Shown in pieces: positions 25,160-38,620 of a stretch of 64,000 nucleotides of DNA (position 1 is the stretch's first letter; the number at the start of each line of letters is the position of its first letter). This stretch comes from Rhynchobatus australiae (taxonomy: Eukaryota): assembly GCA_034780895.1 (NCBI GenBank), contig JAUZTB010000057.1, positions 14,655,989 through 14,719,988 of the forward strand. The letters are read 5' to 3'. A program made the translations under genes and the position numbers. The notes beneath the pieces are model-generated. The model did not search any database. It was not told the origin of the DNA and worked only from the letters and a program-made list of their open reading frames with translations.

Positions 25160-27130
25160 AAATGAGCAAGTGTAGGCCATTCAGCCTATTGTGCCCACTT
25201 CAGTATTTCATAAATTCATGGCTGACTCTATTGTATATTAACCCTATTTCTCTTAATTTATGAAAAACTAGCCTTCTCTACCTTGAATATACTTAGCCAC
25301 TGAACAACTACAGCCTCCTTTGGTAGCCAGTTCCAAAGATTTACCAACTGATGGGTGAAGAAATTTCTCAACTCCATGTGGATTGGCTGACCCGTTATTG
25401 AGAGACTGTGACACGTGGTTCTAGGCAACCCAGCAAGGGAAAGCAACAACTCTGTATCCACCCCATGAAGATACTTAAGCGTTTTGTACATTTCTGTGAG
25501 ATCACCTTCCGTTTTTTTAAACTCACAGCCATAGTCCCATTATCCTTAATCTCTGCCACAGTGGTTAAATTACCAGCCTAGAATTCCAGAGGTCCAAGTT
25601 CAAATCCCATCTACTAAAGTGGATGGCCTCACCATTTTTCACACTATGTTCCTTTTGCCATACATTTGCCCATTCACTTAGCCTGTCCATTTCCCACTGA
25701 AGCATCTTCACAGCTATATNNNNNNNNNNNNNNNNNNNNNNNNNNNNNNNNNNNNNNNNNNNNNNNNNNNNNNNNNNNNNNNNNNNNNNNNNNNNNNNNN
25801 NNNNNNNNNNNCTCCTTTATTCCATCTCTGTTTTCTGTCCACACCAGAGTATTTCCCCTAATAACACATGCTCTAATTACAGCTTCTTGTGTGGCACCTT
25901 ATTGAAGGCCTTCTGGAAGCCTAGGTACACTACTGCAATTCTTTTGTCCTTATCTATTCTACTTGTTACAACCTCAAAAGATTCCAACAGATTTTCCAAA
26001 CTTTACTTTGCTCCACATTGACTCCAAGAGCCCTGTTACCACGACTTTAGTAATAGATTCTAACATTTCAGGCTAATTGATCTCTAGTTCCTTAAAATAG
26101 CACATTACATTTGCCAAGTACAAATCTGTGAGGGCCATTGTAGAATCTATGAAACTATGGAAGATGACAGTCAGTGTATCTATAATGGCCACCTCCTTTA
26201 AAATCCCAGGATGCAGGTCATCAGGTCCGGGGGATTTATTGCCTTCTGTACCATTAATTTTGTTAATACTAGTTATTTTAATAAAGTTAATTTCTTTGAG
26301 CTCCTCAATTACTCTAGACCTATAGTCTCCACTATTTATGAGAAGTTTGTTTATTTGATTTCTCTGCCATTTCCTCATTTGTCAGAATAATTTATCCTTC
26401 TCAGTTTGTAAGGGGTCACATTATGTTCAACAAATATTTTCCTTTTTATATCTCTATAGAAGCTCCTGGAGCCTGTTTAATGTTTTTTTGCCAGCCTACA
26501 CTTTTACTTTCTTTTTTCTTATGAGTGCCTTGGTGTTCCTTTGTGGATTCTGATTATTTTTTCCAATTCTCATGTTTATTATTTTTTAGCAATGTTATAA
26601 GCCTTTTCCTTTGATCTAATACTGTATTTAATTTCTTTTGACAGATATAACAGGATCATTTTGCGTGTTTTATTTTGCCTTACAAAAGAATACATACTAA
26701 TTCTTTCAAAGATAGCCTTTACTTATTGTCTTTGTTTTTACTGTAGCTTCTCAGTTTACCATAGCCCCCTCATGCCTCATACCTTCCCAACCTGTTTTAT
26801 TCAGATTTAAGACCTTGGTTTCAGGTACTTTGTTTCATATCTTTACATTAAACACTGATCATGGGCACTGCCAAACCATCAATTAATCCTTTTTCATCGC
26901 ACAATATTTATTTCTCATATTTTCTTACAACATGAAAAGAGGCCATTCAGCCAATCAAGTCTATGCTGCCTCTTGATTTCTTGATTTTCTGAGGTAAGAT
27001 TCTTCTTCTCTGCTGCCATTATCCCATTCTTTAGTATCAGGGATTTTTTTTTTCCATTTTGCCCTTCTGTTCTGAAAGATAAGTAGCCTGGAATATTTAA
27101 TTCCTAATCTTAGTCACTTTGCCAACCTGT
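25160..27130 (-). mobile_element. Decayed, internally deleted CR1 LINE
   Basis: Minus ORFs MYKTLKYLHGVDTELL...RNFFTHQLVNLWNWLPKEAV (25258-25491) and NKSPGPDDLHPGILKEVA (26073-26378). Confidence 0.9.
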
Positions 27131-29047
27131 GTCATCAGTTCTACGTGGACCATAAAAACTGGATTTTTTTTTGTGCTTCCCTCCTGCCCTGAGGAGATAT
27201 CCTTACCCCTGCTACCTGCAGGGAGCACACCTTAAAGACACTGTGCTCACAGCTGCAGAAAATGGCATCTATCCACCCCCATAACTACATTTCTTTTCAT
27301 TCCTCCAATGTGAATGGCCACTTTGTACCACAATGATATGGTCAGTTTACTTATACACTCCACAATTTNNNNNNNNNNNNNNNNNNNNNNNNNNNNNNNN
27401 NNNNNNNNNNNNNNNNNNNNNNNNNNNNNNNNNNNNNNNNNNNNNNNNNNNNNNNNNNNNNNNNNNNNATTTCTATTTTCACCCACACAGGCTACACATT
27501 TTCTTCATATGTAGAGAGCTGATTATAGTGAAGTAGGGAGAGTAACCTCAAAAATATAGCCGGATCTTCACTCTTAAATCCTCTCTCTACCCTTCCAATG
27601 AGTAAACACCTCATAATGTCACAACAAATTAGAGCTATACATATATTTCAAATTATTTTTAATTGATCCTTTGAATTATCACCTTATTTTCAATCACTCT
27701 CTCAAACAATAAACAACTCAAGCAGCCAGCTCTGTGGAAAACCTAATTATAGTGCAGGTCTAAGCCTAGAAAATCATTGGTGTAACATGTGTTTTGTGCA
27801 CTATAGGATGACATAGAAGTGTAAAATCCATTGTGAAATGCAATCAGCATCTACCAGCTTACATTGTGCATACTACAGATTTGAAACAACTGCATCTATG
27901 TAAATGACACACCAATGTACCAGTACCGTTGTGCACATAGGAATGATGTCAATCAGCATCAGTAATCTGCTGTTGTTGGTGCATCAATGGAGTGTAAATA
28001 TGTGACAGCACAGCAAGTGGGCTTCAAGCAGGAAACCAGGCTTTGACTGAAGGTTCACTCAAATGCTTTTTAATGGGTGGGAAGTTACCTGTATTATTGT
28101 TTACAGTGCACCAGAGAAGACACTTCTATTGCACCAGTGCAACATTTTGCGGGTGGGCAGGACCCAAACATTCAGATCATCTTCCAGATGTTTATGTCTA
28201 CCACCTTTATATCCAGTCAAACGATGGAAAACCAGTGTGCCCATTCCCATGCCTGATCCAGAAAGATTAATATCACTCAATTCTGCCCCTCTACTTCTAG
28301 CTCACCAGTTCTGTAATTACCTGCAATCAATGCACAAACTGTACCAAAGGCCCAGGAACTGCACCACTTATGTGCTTAATATTATGCATGTGCACATGAA
28401 AACTATTCCCCCCCTCTCCCCCACCCTGGCTCCAGATGAAACTGGCTCAGTCCCCTGCACCACATCACTTTTCTGCAAGGCAGGATTTCCAGGCCATGGA
28501 CTTTTCATTCAAATGAGTGGATTTATTTTCAGCACATTTCACCCAACGGCAATGAAGGTGGACCAAATAACTGTCACTTTGAGCACAGTCAGAAGTAAGC
28601 ACACTGCAGTTCTGTGATCTTTTGCATTGGTTTAAAAACCATTGTATTGGCAAAAGATCTGAACCACAAAACTAAATTAATCGCTGTTGTGAGTTCATAC
28701 TACTGACATCCATTTGCACAGATTCAGAAGACTTTAATTATTATACTGGTCTTTTGGATACAAGGGCAATAAAAGGTACATTTTGAAAGATTTTAGATGT
28801 GAATTTGTTTTAATATGTTGATTGAGTAATGTACCTAATAAAACCAGAAAATATTTTTATATACACTTTAGAAACTGAATTTCAGTTATTTAAAAAAATA
28901 CACTAACTCAGAAGTGACGGATAGAGATTGTGATTACAAGTGGTTGCTTTATTGGATAACTTTAATTTCAGGAGCCTTAATCAAACCACTCTTATATTTT
29001 TGCCACTATTTGTCCAAAACCAGAATAGTAAATGAAATAAGAAGTGG

Positions 29048-29747
29048 AATATTAGTACAAAATATACTTGGCATAACATCTGGAACACTTTGCTCTAGTT
29101 TTAGATCCTCGGACTGGAATCAGGGTCCAACTCTACACCTCCGGGGGAATTTATCACCACTTGGACTTTCAGCTAATTGTGCTCATTTGCTGATCTTCAA
29201 GGAGAAGACTCCAAAATTAAAGATGTGCCTTTTAAGATGTGAAAAGGCAGATCTTGAAAAACTTTGAATACTTTTTTTAATTTATGAAGGAAGTTACTAT
29301 TGTAACTCAATCAATCTAGAAAATAGTTCCATATATTTTTTATGTTATTTCCAAAGATTTAAAATTGAGTTACTCAAAGTTGGGAGATGCAAGTTAATTT
29401 AAAGCATATTTTTTTGATAAACCCTTTCCAGCTATATTAATCATGCTTACCAATTTCATGGAATACCTGTTAAAGCTGACTTTAAAAACATTAACCATTT
29501 CCTTGCAAAGCCCACAATAAATTTTGTTTCCGTCATTGGTTCATGTCCCAACAATTATCTACAATAAAATTTTCTTTCATTCTTTAGGCAACGATCTTAA
29601 ATTTATTACTTCTGGTTATTGATTTTGTGGGAGAAAGAAATATTAGTACAAAATATATTTAGCATGACACCTTTGCTCTAATTTTAGATCCTCAAGCTGG
29701 TACCAGCGTCCAACTGCACACCTCCAGGGGAATTTATCACCACTTGG
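29048..29747 (+). repeat. Local direct repeat of ~110 bp (29048-29164 and 29639-29747)
   Basis: Both copies read aatattagtacaaaatata...ctttgctcta.ttttagatcctc...gtccaact..acacctcc.ggggaatttatcaccacttgg. Confidence 0.9.
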
Positions 29748-29949
29748 TTGAGCTGCTGAGTTCTTCCAGAAGATTGTTTGTTGCTCCAGATTCCAGCTTC
29801 TGCAGTCTCTTGTGAGTTCATCAACCTATATTTCAAGCACTTCTTTGCAAGTTAAAGACCTGGTCTATTTTGACCTTTCTTTCTCTAATGGAAATGTAAA
29901 GTTCTGTGAATGTGTTGTCACACTTTAAAGCACCAAGTTCCAGAGGGTT

Positions 29950-30650
29950 CAACATAAGAGCAAAAGAAACGTGAGTAGGAGTAGGTCAAGCCTGCTCCAC
30001 CACTCAGTAAGGTCACGGCTGATCCAGCCTTGGCCTTAGTATCATTTTTGCTTTCTCTTCATCCAATTGACTCCCTTGTAATTTAAAACTCTTGTCAATC
30101 TCCAAAATATTCAATGACTTTACTTCCATAGCTTTCTAGGGCAGAGAATACTAAATGTTCATAACCTTCTGAGAGAAGAAATTCCTCTTCATCTCCATCT
30201 TAAATGAGCAACCTTATATTGTGAAACTATCTAGAGTACCAAGTTCTACATACTCCTACCAGGGGAAATATCCTCTCAATACCTCATAGAATCATATTTG
30301 TTTCAATAAGGTCACCTGTTATTCTTCTAAACTCCCTGAAGTATAGACCCAAGCAGATCAAACTTTCTTCATACTTTAACCCTTTTATCTCATGGATCAA
30401 TCTTGCGAGCCTTCTCTGACTCCCATGCAAGAACATTTTTCCTTAATTAAGGAATACAAAACAATGCACTGTATTCCCGGTCCAGTCTCAGCAGTGCCCT
30501 ATAAAGTAGCATCAAAACTTCCCTACTTTTATATTCTATATTCCTTTGCAATAAAATAACATTTAACTCGCCTTCCTTGTTACTTGCTGTATCTGCATTG
30601 ATTTTCAGATCCCTATGTACTGCAACATTTTGTAATATTCACTGTTTTCT
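29950..30650 (-). mobile_element. Decayed CR1 3' fragment
   Basis: aacataagagcaaaagaa tail; gagagaagaaattcctcttcatctccatcttaaatg; attcttctaaactcc; homologous to 18865-19500. Confidence 0.8.
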
Positions 30651-30939
30651 GTCCCAGCAACAATCAATATCCTTTGCAGGTCAAATTGTCTACAATATCC
30701 GAAAGTTGCCTTATGCGTGACCCAGAAATGGTTAAGGTAATTTGATGTTTTTAATGATCTCAACAAGGTTTCCTAATATTCAATTAATTTTACATTTCAA
30801 ACAGTCAGTGGCTATTCCAATTTTTTATTTTACTTCTTTACTTGTCAACAGGTCTTCACATTCCTGTCATTACACATTCCAACATGTATCACCTTATTCT
30901 TGTCAGTGGAATTTCATTGGACATTCCAATTTCATAGAT

Positions 30940-31530
30940 TGAGAGAGAAGTTAGCAAAGCATTGAGGTTTCTGAGCTTCATTAACAGAGGCACCAATTTC
31001 AAAAACAAGGAGCTGATGTTGAATCTGTATCAAAAGATCGTAACACCATGACTAGAATATCACATCACCACACATTTGGAAGGATGTGAAGACCTGGGAG
31101 AGGGTCCAGAAGAGAACTACCAGATCCCTGAGGATGAAAGATGTCATTGACAATATTAGACTGGAGAAGCTGGGGCTTTTGTCCTCAGAGAAAAATAAGC
31201 TAGGAGAGATTTGATAGAAGTAGAGTAAGATCACAGACTAGAGAAGCTGTTCCTGTTAGTGGATAGTTCAAAGGAAACAAGTTTAAAGTGTGGGACATAG
31301 GGTTATATGGGGGTGTGGGTGATGTAAACAGCTTTTTTATGTAGGGAGTGCTTATAAAGATAGTGCAAACAGAGTCCATCAGAAAAAGTAATTGAATAGA
31401 CTTAGGAAAAGTACTTTACAGGCTTATGGGGAAAGAGTAATGGAATGGTTTTGAATGGATTATTCTACAAGGAGCTTTGCATATGATAGGCCAAATGGCC
31501 TCCTTCTATGCCATTACATCTCTATAAGTC
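30940..31530 (+). mobile_element. Decayed CR1 3' fragment
   Basis: aaggatgtgaagacctgggagagggtccagaagaga (KDVKTWERVQKR), agactggagaagctggggctt (RLEKLGL), tail ggccaaatggcctccttctatgc. Confidence 0.8.
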
Positions 31531-31599
31531 TTTGATATGCTGATTCAGATTTCTTGAATACTATTTATTTCAATTACTTTATCAGTTGCTGCTTCATCA

Positions 31600-32350
31600 G
31601 AAAAAATAACATTGTAAGATATTTTGCTCCCAATTTTTAAAGGAAAGTGTAAGCAGATGGGGATCAAAACTAGACCCAATGTGAAAGTGATCATTATTAT
31701 CCTCATCCTACACAAAGGTTGTTCTCTTTATCACCTTATGCTTTCTATTGCCTGGGTGGTTTCCAATTTATCATTCCAGCTGATTCATCATTAATTCCAA
31801 AGCCTTTAACCTTCTTTGAAAATCCTTTGTAACTCGATGAAATGCCTTTTTGCTTTTATGTTTTGCTCTGCAAGAAAACTGACTGTTCTTCTGGCTTTTG
31901 TTTTTATGATTAACATTGATAAGCTTTATAAAAATGCTCTCAACCATTTTCTCCAGTTCTTGTATTAGTCTGACTGGTCTCAATCATTTTTGAATACCAG
32001 GAATGCATTCAATACCCACTCAGTCCTCAGGTAAAGCTCTTGTATTTATGAAGCTCCTAAAAAACATTCACCAAAGCCTTTCTTGTTTCCCTAAAGATTC
32101 CAGGGTGTATCTCATGTGATTCAGGTACCCTGTAAATATTAAAGCTTTGAGCTTCTTCATAACACATGTTTTACTGACCTTCACATGTGTTATGTATTCC
32201 CCAGTCAATTTGAGCACATCTGGAATATCTCCAAAGTCTTCATTTCTTAAGACTGATGTGAAGAATTCTCTAAACTGCTACTTCATTATCCTCATCATAT
32301 TTCTCCTAAAACAATCCCTTAAAGAACATTTGTTCCTTAATACTTGGCAT
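31600..32350 (-). mobile_element. Very old CR1-like RT fragment
   Basis: Minus strand gives RPVRLI...LEKMVESI and KAFHRV (KAFDKV-like); revcomp of cagggtgtatctcatgtgattcaggt matches the PGPDxIHP region. Confidence 0.55.
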
Positions 32351-32571
32351 TTCTCTTACTGAATAAAAGAAAAATAATTTTGAATTTCCAAGTTCATACA
32401 TAATGACTTTATTTATTTATTCCCATACCCTCTTTTAATTTTGAATTTATCATTCAAGATTCACATCTTTGATTGGCTTTTGATTCCTACTACCTTCCAC
32501 ACTAATTAATTTTGGTCATTGGATAAATTTACATGCCTCTCCCTGTTAAAATGAAACTAAATTTTTTTAGA

Positions 32572-32716
32572 TATCTTTATTAGTCACATGTACATTGAAA
32601 CACACAGTGAAATGTATCTTTTGCATAGAGTGTCCTGGGGGCAGCCCACAAGTATCGCCACACTTCCGGTGCCAACATAGCACGCCCACCACTTTCTAAC
32701 CCGAACGTCTTTGGAA
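32572..32716 (-). mobile_element. 3' part of a ray-type SINE
   Basis: tttattagtcacatgtacattgaaacacacagtgaaatg...gcagcccacaagtatcgccacacttccggtgccaacatagc...gtctttggaa; CpG-richer than flanks; family recognised from memory only. Confidence 0.55.
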
Positions 32717-35700
32717 CTTAAACTTTACTTAAATTAAACTTTACTTAAATCTTCTGATGCATTTTAAATATGCCATGCATGGGGAAAATACACGCTTTCT
32801 GTAATCAGATTTTGTTGCAATTCAAAAGAACTTCCTGATGCAGCAACATTAATTGAATCTTATGAGAACCTTAATTATATATGTGAGTTTGCTTGCAATT
32901 ATATTTAATGTCAACAATTACATTTTGTTAAATGTAGAATGTCTTTACGATGTAAGTTCTGTAATCTTTGAGTAATGTTCAAAAACATGAGAGACTTGTG
33001 CAAAATGGATTCTTTGTTGCTTTTAGGACCACGTTATCTTGACAAACAAGTAGAGTCACTGTCAGCTGATGTAGAAGTAATTTTGGTTAATATTAAGTGC
33101 ACTGAAAGGGTGCCTTGTAGAAAAACAACTTCACCTTTTCTATCAACACCAAACATAGTCAATACTTGGACCTAACAGGTTTTTTTCCACGAGTTTTACG
33201 CTGAAAGATATTGATCTTGTTCAGTCAAGAAAATAAAAGTGGCAATTGTGAAAGCATTAGAAGGAACAGGTCCTGGGAAATGTTGTTTCCTAGCTGTTTC
33301 TGTCATGTTCGACCACCCTAGGAGCAGTCATGCTCTGTCCTTTGAGAAACTAAAGTGTCACTTGATGTTATCAATAAATTGTCAGCCTAAGTTTCTTCAG
33401 AGAGTGCAGGGTCACTCAGCATCCCGGTGTAAACTCTGTTAAAATGTCTGCATTTTTTGGATAGTGCTCTCCTTTAAACATGAATACATCAAGACAACAG
33501 ATGAGTAGATGAGCTGCTGTGACCACTAGGTCACAGCAACGGGGGTGGGGGAAAAATACCACTAGCATGACTTTACATACTGGACAACTTGCTAAAGCAA
33601 ATGGCTTTGAACTATACTGAGACTAAACTTAGTCTAAACCATGTGACTGACAAATCAAAGACACAGATCATTGTATGTTTGGTGTCTTATCTAAAGCATT
33701 TTATTCTGCTTTGAGCAGCTGAGATCTATCGACCGCTGATTGTTGTGAACACAGACAAAACTATAATCAGTCACTGGGTTGATAGACCTGCAATAATTCA
33801 GGTGTTTACATGGGCCATCACATTAAAGATCTACTATAAGTATTTGACTTTAGTGGGAAAGATGAGATTGGCTAAGATGTTGGGTCACAAAAAGTTCACA
33901 TTAAACATCATTCAAAGAAAAAGTAAAAAAGTTACAGTGATGGTTTTGTTTGGAGCATTTGTTTATCTGCCAGACAATATTTTAGCACGTTGAAAGATGA
34001 AGTAATTTTGAAGTACTGCAGAGCATCGCAGCTTGAAAGTGCAATGCTCTTCTTAAGGAATCTTTCCTGGACATAGATAAGTTTATGAAAGAGCTACCTA
34101 GAAATGGACCCAATAGAAGATCCATTGATCATAGGACGCGGAGATAGTTGTGCAAGCTTACAAAACCCTTTATGAAGACAGCTTGAGCATTAATCCAAAA
34201 TAATGGTTATCCTGATCAAAATCAGTCACCATTTATAATGCACATTAGTAGTTCATTATTGACAAGTACACAACTTTATGGTAATTGAAGGTTGTCCCCT
34301 GTGCAGAGTCCTCCCTAGTGATGCAGTCTTGATCATAAATCTCCAAGCTGTCCCTAGATCGCATGTGTGTGTTGTCACTTCGGTGCAAATAAACAGCAAA
34401 CAAGCGCATTTCAGTAGATATTAGTTATAGGTGATTTATTGATTTCTTGTCTGATGGCCAAAGTCACAGCATGCTTGAGTGAGTGCTAATGAACCCTAAC
34501 TGAGACTTTGGCAAAATTATCCATTAATACTAATGCATTATATTTACATCATACAAAGCAAAAATAAACATACTAAGTTAGAAAATAGCTGCTATTCATT
34601 CCTGATAAATGAACTTGTTCCTCTAGATTCAGTTGCTAGAATAGCAAAAAGTAACCAGGAAATTTTCAATGGAGTCAGTTTTGCTATTCCAATGTTTAGT
34701 GTTATTGGATTCCCTGCCTGAATATAGGAAATGCGTAAGTGGTTGGCGATGGGGGTGGAAAGCTCATCTCTAATGGATCCAGCCCAATAGCCCATTCATG
34801 GATTTAAATCCAGCNNNNNNNNNNNNNNNNNNNNNNNNNNNNNNNNNNTGATTCCTTTTCTATATTTTAAAGCCAGATGATAGAATATCCTAAAATCAAT
34901 CCAACATAAGTATAACATGTTTATTATATGAGGGTTTAGTTACAGATGATAAACTTTTGACATTGATAGAGATCTCTAAACAAAAATGTGTAACAAAACA
35001 GAAGTAAGTAGCTGTAAATTTAAAAGGAGATCATTTGTCAAAATGCCATGTACATAAAAACACATGTTAAAGTGCTGCAACCCAACAGAACATACCAGGA
35101 TTGGATGAGGTCCCTACATTCTCTTAAATTCATATTGGTTTTCCTTACTGGATTTATTGGTGACTTTCTATTATTATAGCCTCTAGTTTTGGCCTTCCCC
35201 ATACATATCTAGAAATATCTTCTCTTGAATCTAATTTGCACATTAATTGCATATTAAATTTCCCATAAAATATTATGGCAGGCACTTAACAGTATAGGAA
35301 CCATCTCAATGGTGGGATTTTTGTTCCCTAAAATGCTGATCCATCTCTCTCTCCAATCTGGAAAGTGAACAATTTAAATAGAGAAATTTCCCTCCTGATA
35401 AGTCATTGTAAGAGTGTGTGATACACATGTGTTATTCTTTCTCATTTTCTCTTCCTGTGCTTCATGTTCTGAAAGAATTGACTTCTTCTCTGAAGTATGG
35501 CATTATATTGGGAGTCATTTTTTTGACTCTCAGCTAAATGGTTATTATTCATTAGCAAACCTCAGCAGAGAATATAGCCAGACTTCTAACTGTGGTGCAT
35601 ACCTCAAACTTATCCTTCAAGTCTGTCCATATTTTGCTATGGAGCAGTTAACACCTTGAACATTTATATCTCTGTGGCTCAGATAGATGATTTTACCTTA

Positions 35701-37730
35701 AACCTTTGGCACAGCTCACTGTTAGCTGAGCCTGGGCAGCATTCTTAATCTCACATTGTTGTAGGTTATCTGACTGTGGGAAAGCTGTAGAGGTCCATTT
35801 AGTTAGACTGATACTGTTGGCTTGTAATCCTGCTATTAGCAATGTGACATTTAATAAAGAACATTCATTCTCAAAAAATAGACAACTTTTTGTTCGATAT
35901 CTCTTACTCAAAGAAATAGTGGCCTGTTAATAGAATGAATTGATACTGATGCACGTTCTGAAGGAAGCTGTCTACTATCTGAAATAACTTCTGCCAGTAT
36001 CAATAAAGGCAAAATCTTCCTTGTCTCTGTGGTAATCATAGGACTGAATTAGTAAAGTGTTATGACCGGCAAACCACTTGTATTTTCTTCTCCATTACTA
36101 CATATGATATGCGGCATTATATTATATATCGAATTCTAGAAACAGTTATTAATTGTTCTCTTTTTCTACCAACATGTGTTGCTATTTCACCTTTTAATCC
36201 CAGTGCATTATTGACATCTTTTGGCAATTCTACAGACACTATAAAAGCATTATATTCTATTTCTACATTAACTAATAATAAAATGTACTCCTGAGTTTAT
36301 ACTTTATAGGAACTTATCTGCTAATTGGTTTCTTTCTGTAGTTTTACTGTCCCTTGCCCTTGGCAGTGTTGATCCTTAGTGCTGTAAAATGGAGACAGAT
36401 CTGTTCCATCTGTCTATCTGTGCTGCTTTACAGTTTATTCATGTCATTCTATATTAACTGCATTAGTTTCCTGCAATCAAGCTGGTAATCATCCGATGAA
36501 TTTTCAATGATAATATCCCATTTGTAACTCCTTTAGTTATGGGCAATATCATTCACTACTGCTACAGAATAAAATGGCCTTTGATAACTGCATTAGAGCC
36601 ACTTTGACTAAAAAAAAATCATAATGAATAATCCCTCCCTGCGAACTTTGTTAATATGTACACTGATAAACCTTTTGTGGCTTTGCTCAATTATCAGAGA
36701 AAATGGGAGGCAAACCTGGGTGACCCTAACAAATGCAGCACGAGTATTGGGAAGCTTGAATAGCAGGCAATGAAATATTACCCATTAAAAGTAATTGAAT
36801 TAGGAGTTAACATTACATTTCAGCATTATCAATGTTAACACAAATTATGTTAACAGGAAGTAGGAAGTGTCACTTATGTGGAGTGATTTTGAAAGTATAT
36901 TTTTATCCAAGGTTTTAGATAGAGAATAGAAATTGTTGGGACCTCATTGTGTGGCTTTACCCCAGAGCAATCAATGCTTGAATTCAACTCCACCACCCTC
37001 TTTGTAATTTCTCTGTTGATAGTTTCCTGAGTCAATTACTGTTGTAATGTTTTTTTATATTCTTATCAAGAGACAGTATTTTGATTTTCCTTTATCATGC
37101 ATCTTACTCCAGATTATCATGTTATCCTTGTNNNNNNNNNNNNNNNNNNNNNNNNNNNNNNNNNNNNNNNNNNNNNNNNNNNNNNNNNNNNNNNNNNNNN
37201 NNNNNNNNNNNNNNNNNNNNNNNNNNNNNNNTAAAAAATTAAGAAGAGTGGTTATTTTTCTATTATTTTATTTAGTAATCAGAATAATATCAGTAAGTGC
37301 TTCAATAATATGTAAACACCTATTTTGGGTTAGTATCTCTGAGATTCTTTGACTGTCTAAAGCAAAAAAAAATCAACTTATTGGCAAAAAGTGAAAAGAC
37401 TGCGACTTAACCAACAAGCCACTTTATGACCTCAACCTCCACTAATATTGGTCATTTGAATTCCGGTAATCAGATCATATGTAAAGAACGATACATATGA
37501 TTGTATGAGAAGCAACAAATTGGTTTCCACATCAATAAGAACCTAAACCATAACAAAATGAATAGACTTCTTGTAATATGCCTCATCTCACATAAAAGGA
37601 CTTGTATATCAAATTAATAAATATTTGACACACTAAAAATTATAATGAAATACTAAAGTGGAACCTATAACCAAATATAGGTAATGGAAGAGCATGAGAC
37701 AAAAACATATAAAAAAGGTCAAATTAATCT

Positions 37731-37736
37731 CACACA

Positions 37737-37784
<48 letters not shown>
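37731..37784. repeat. (CA)n microsatellite
   Basis: Directly visible, ~27 units with one interruption. Confidence 0.98.
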
Positions 37785-37787
<3 letters not shown>

Positions 37788-38279
37788 TTTACTGACATGT
37801 ATACTGGTGTTGGGTATTTTCAGGTATTCTAATTTAAATTCTTTTTAGGCACAATGGGATGGACTTTTTCCATCCTAAATATTTTACATATAACCATAAT
37901 GGAACAGAGAACAGGATGCTGGCAAATCTGCATGCACAGACTACATACAAACAGACTGGCACAGTGCAGCAACAGCCACTCCAGACTGCATACAAACCAT
38001 TGGCACTGGCACAGATCACTTAAAGACAAATGATATAGTGCAGCTCTAGGTGCAATAGAGTAGGCCATCATAATAGTAGAGAACATTGGCAAGGATAACA
38101 ATAGGTATAATCTAGCAGGGTGCTTAAGTATACTGGAATTTGCCTCCAAAAGACAAAAAGTCTGTGAACAACTATAACAGCTTAAATCAAATGTTTCACN
38201 NNNNNGGCATGGATTTATGTGCTTGATGCTGAAAATAGCTGAGGAACCCAATAAAATGATGTATACAATTACTTTGAAA

Positions 38280-38620
38280 CCCCACAGTACAAAAACAGGC
38301 CATTTGGCTCAACTAGTCCACTTTGCTGTGCATCTTCCATACAATCTGTAGTATTAATCCTATGGGACCACCTGTTTAATTACTCCCAATACTACTTACC
38401 TAACATCTGCAGAAGTGTTGACAGGGTCTCTGCAGTAATTACTAACTCTACTCATGCATCTCACAGTTTCATAATTCTTAATTTAAAAATGTTTCACTTA
38501 CTCCACCTTAAATCTTTTACATTTTATCTTGCAACAGAATCCTACATTCTAGATACTCAATAATGGCCTTTCCTATTCATTCATAATTTAGATACCATTG
38601 TCATCAACCCACAGTCATTT
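38280..38620 (-). mobile_element. Very decayed CR1 3' tail
   Basis: cacagtacaaaaacaggccatttggctcaactagtcca tail and attcataatttagatacc motif. Confidence 0.5.

Noticed and set aside
28063-28617. Longest N-free ORF (184 aa)
   Set aside because: No recognisable domain, no ATG at the annotated start, composition typical of translated non-coding DNA, no convincing splice context
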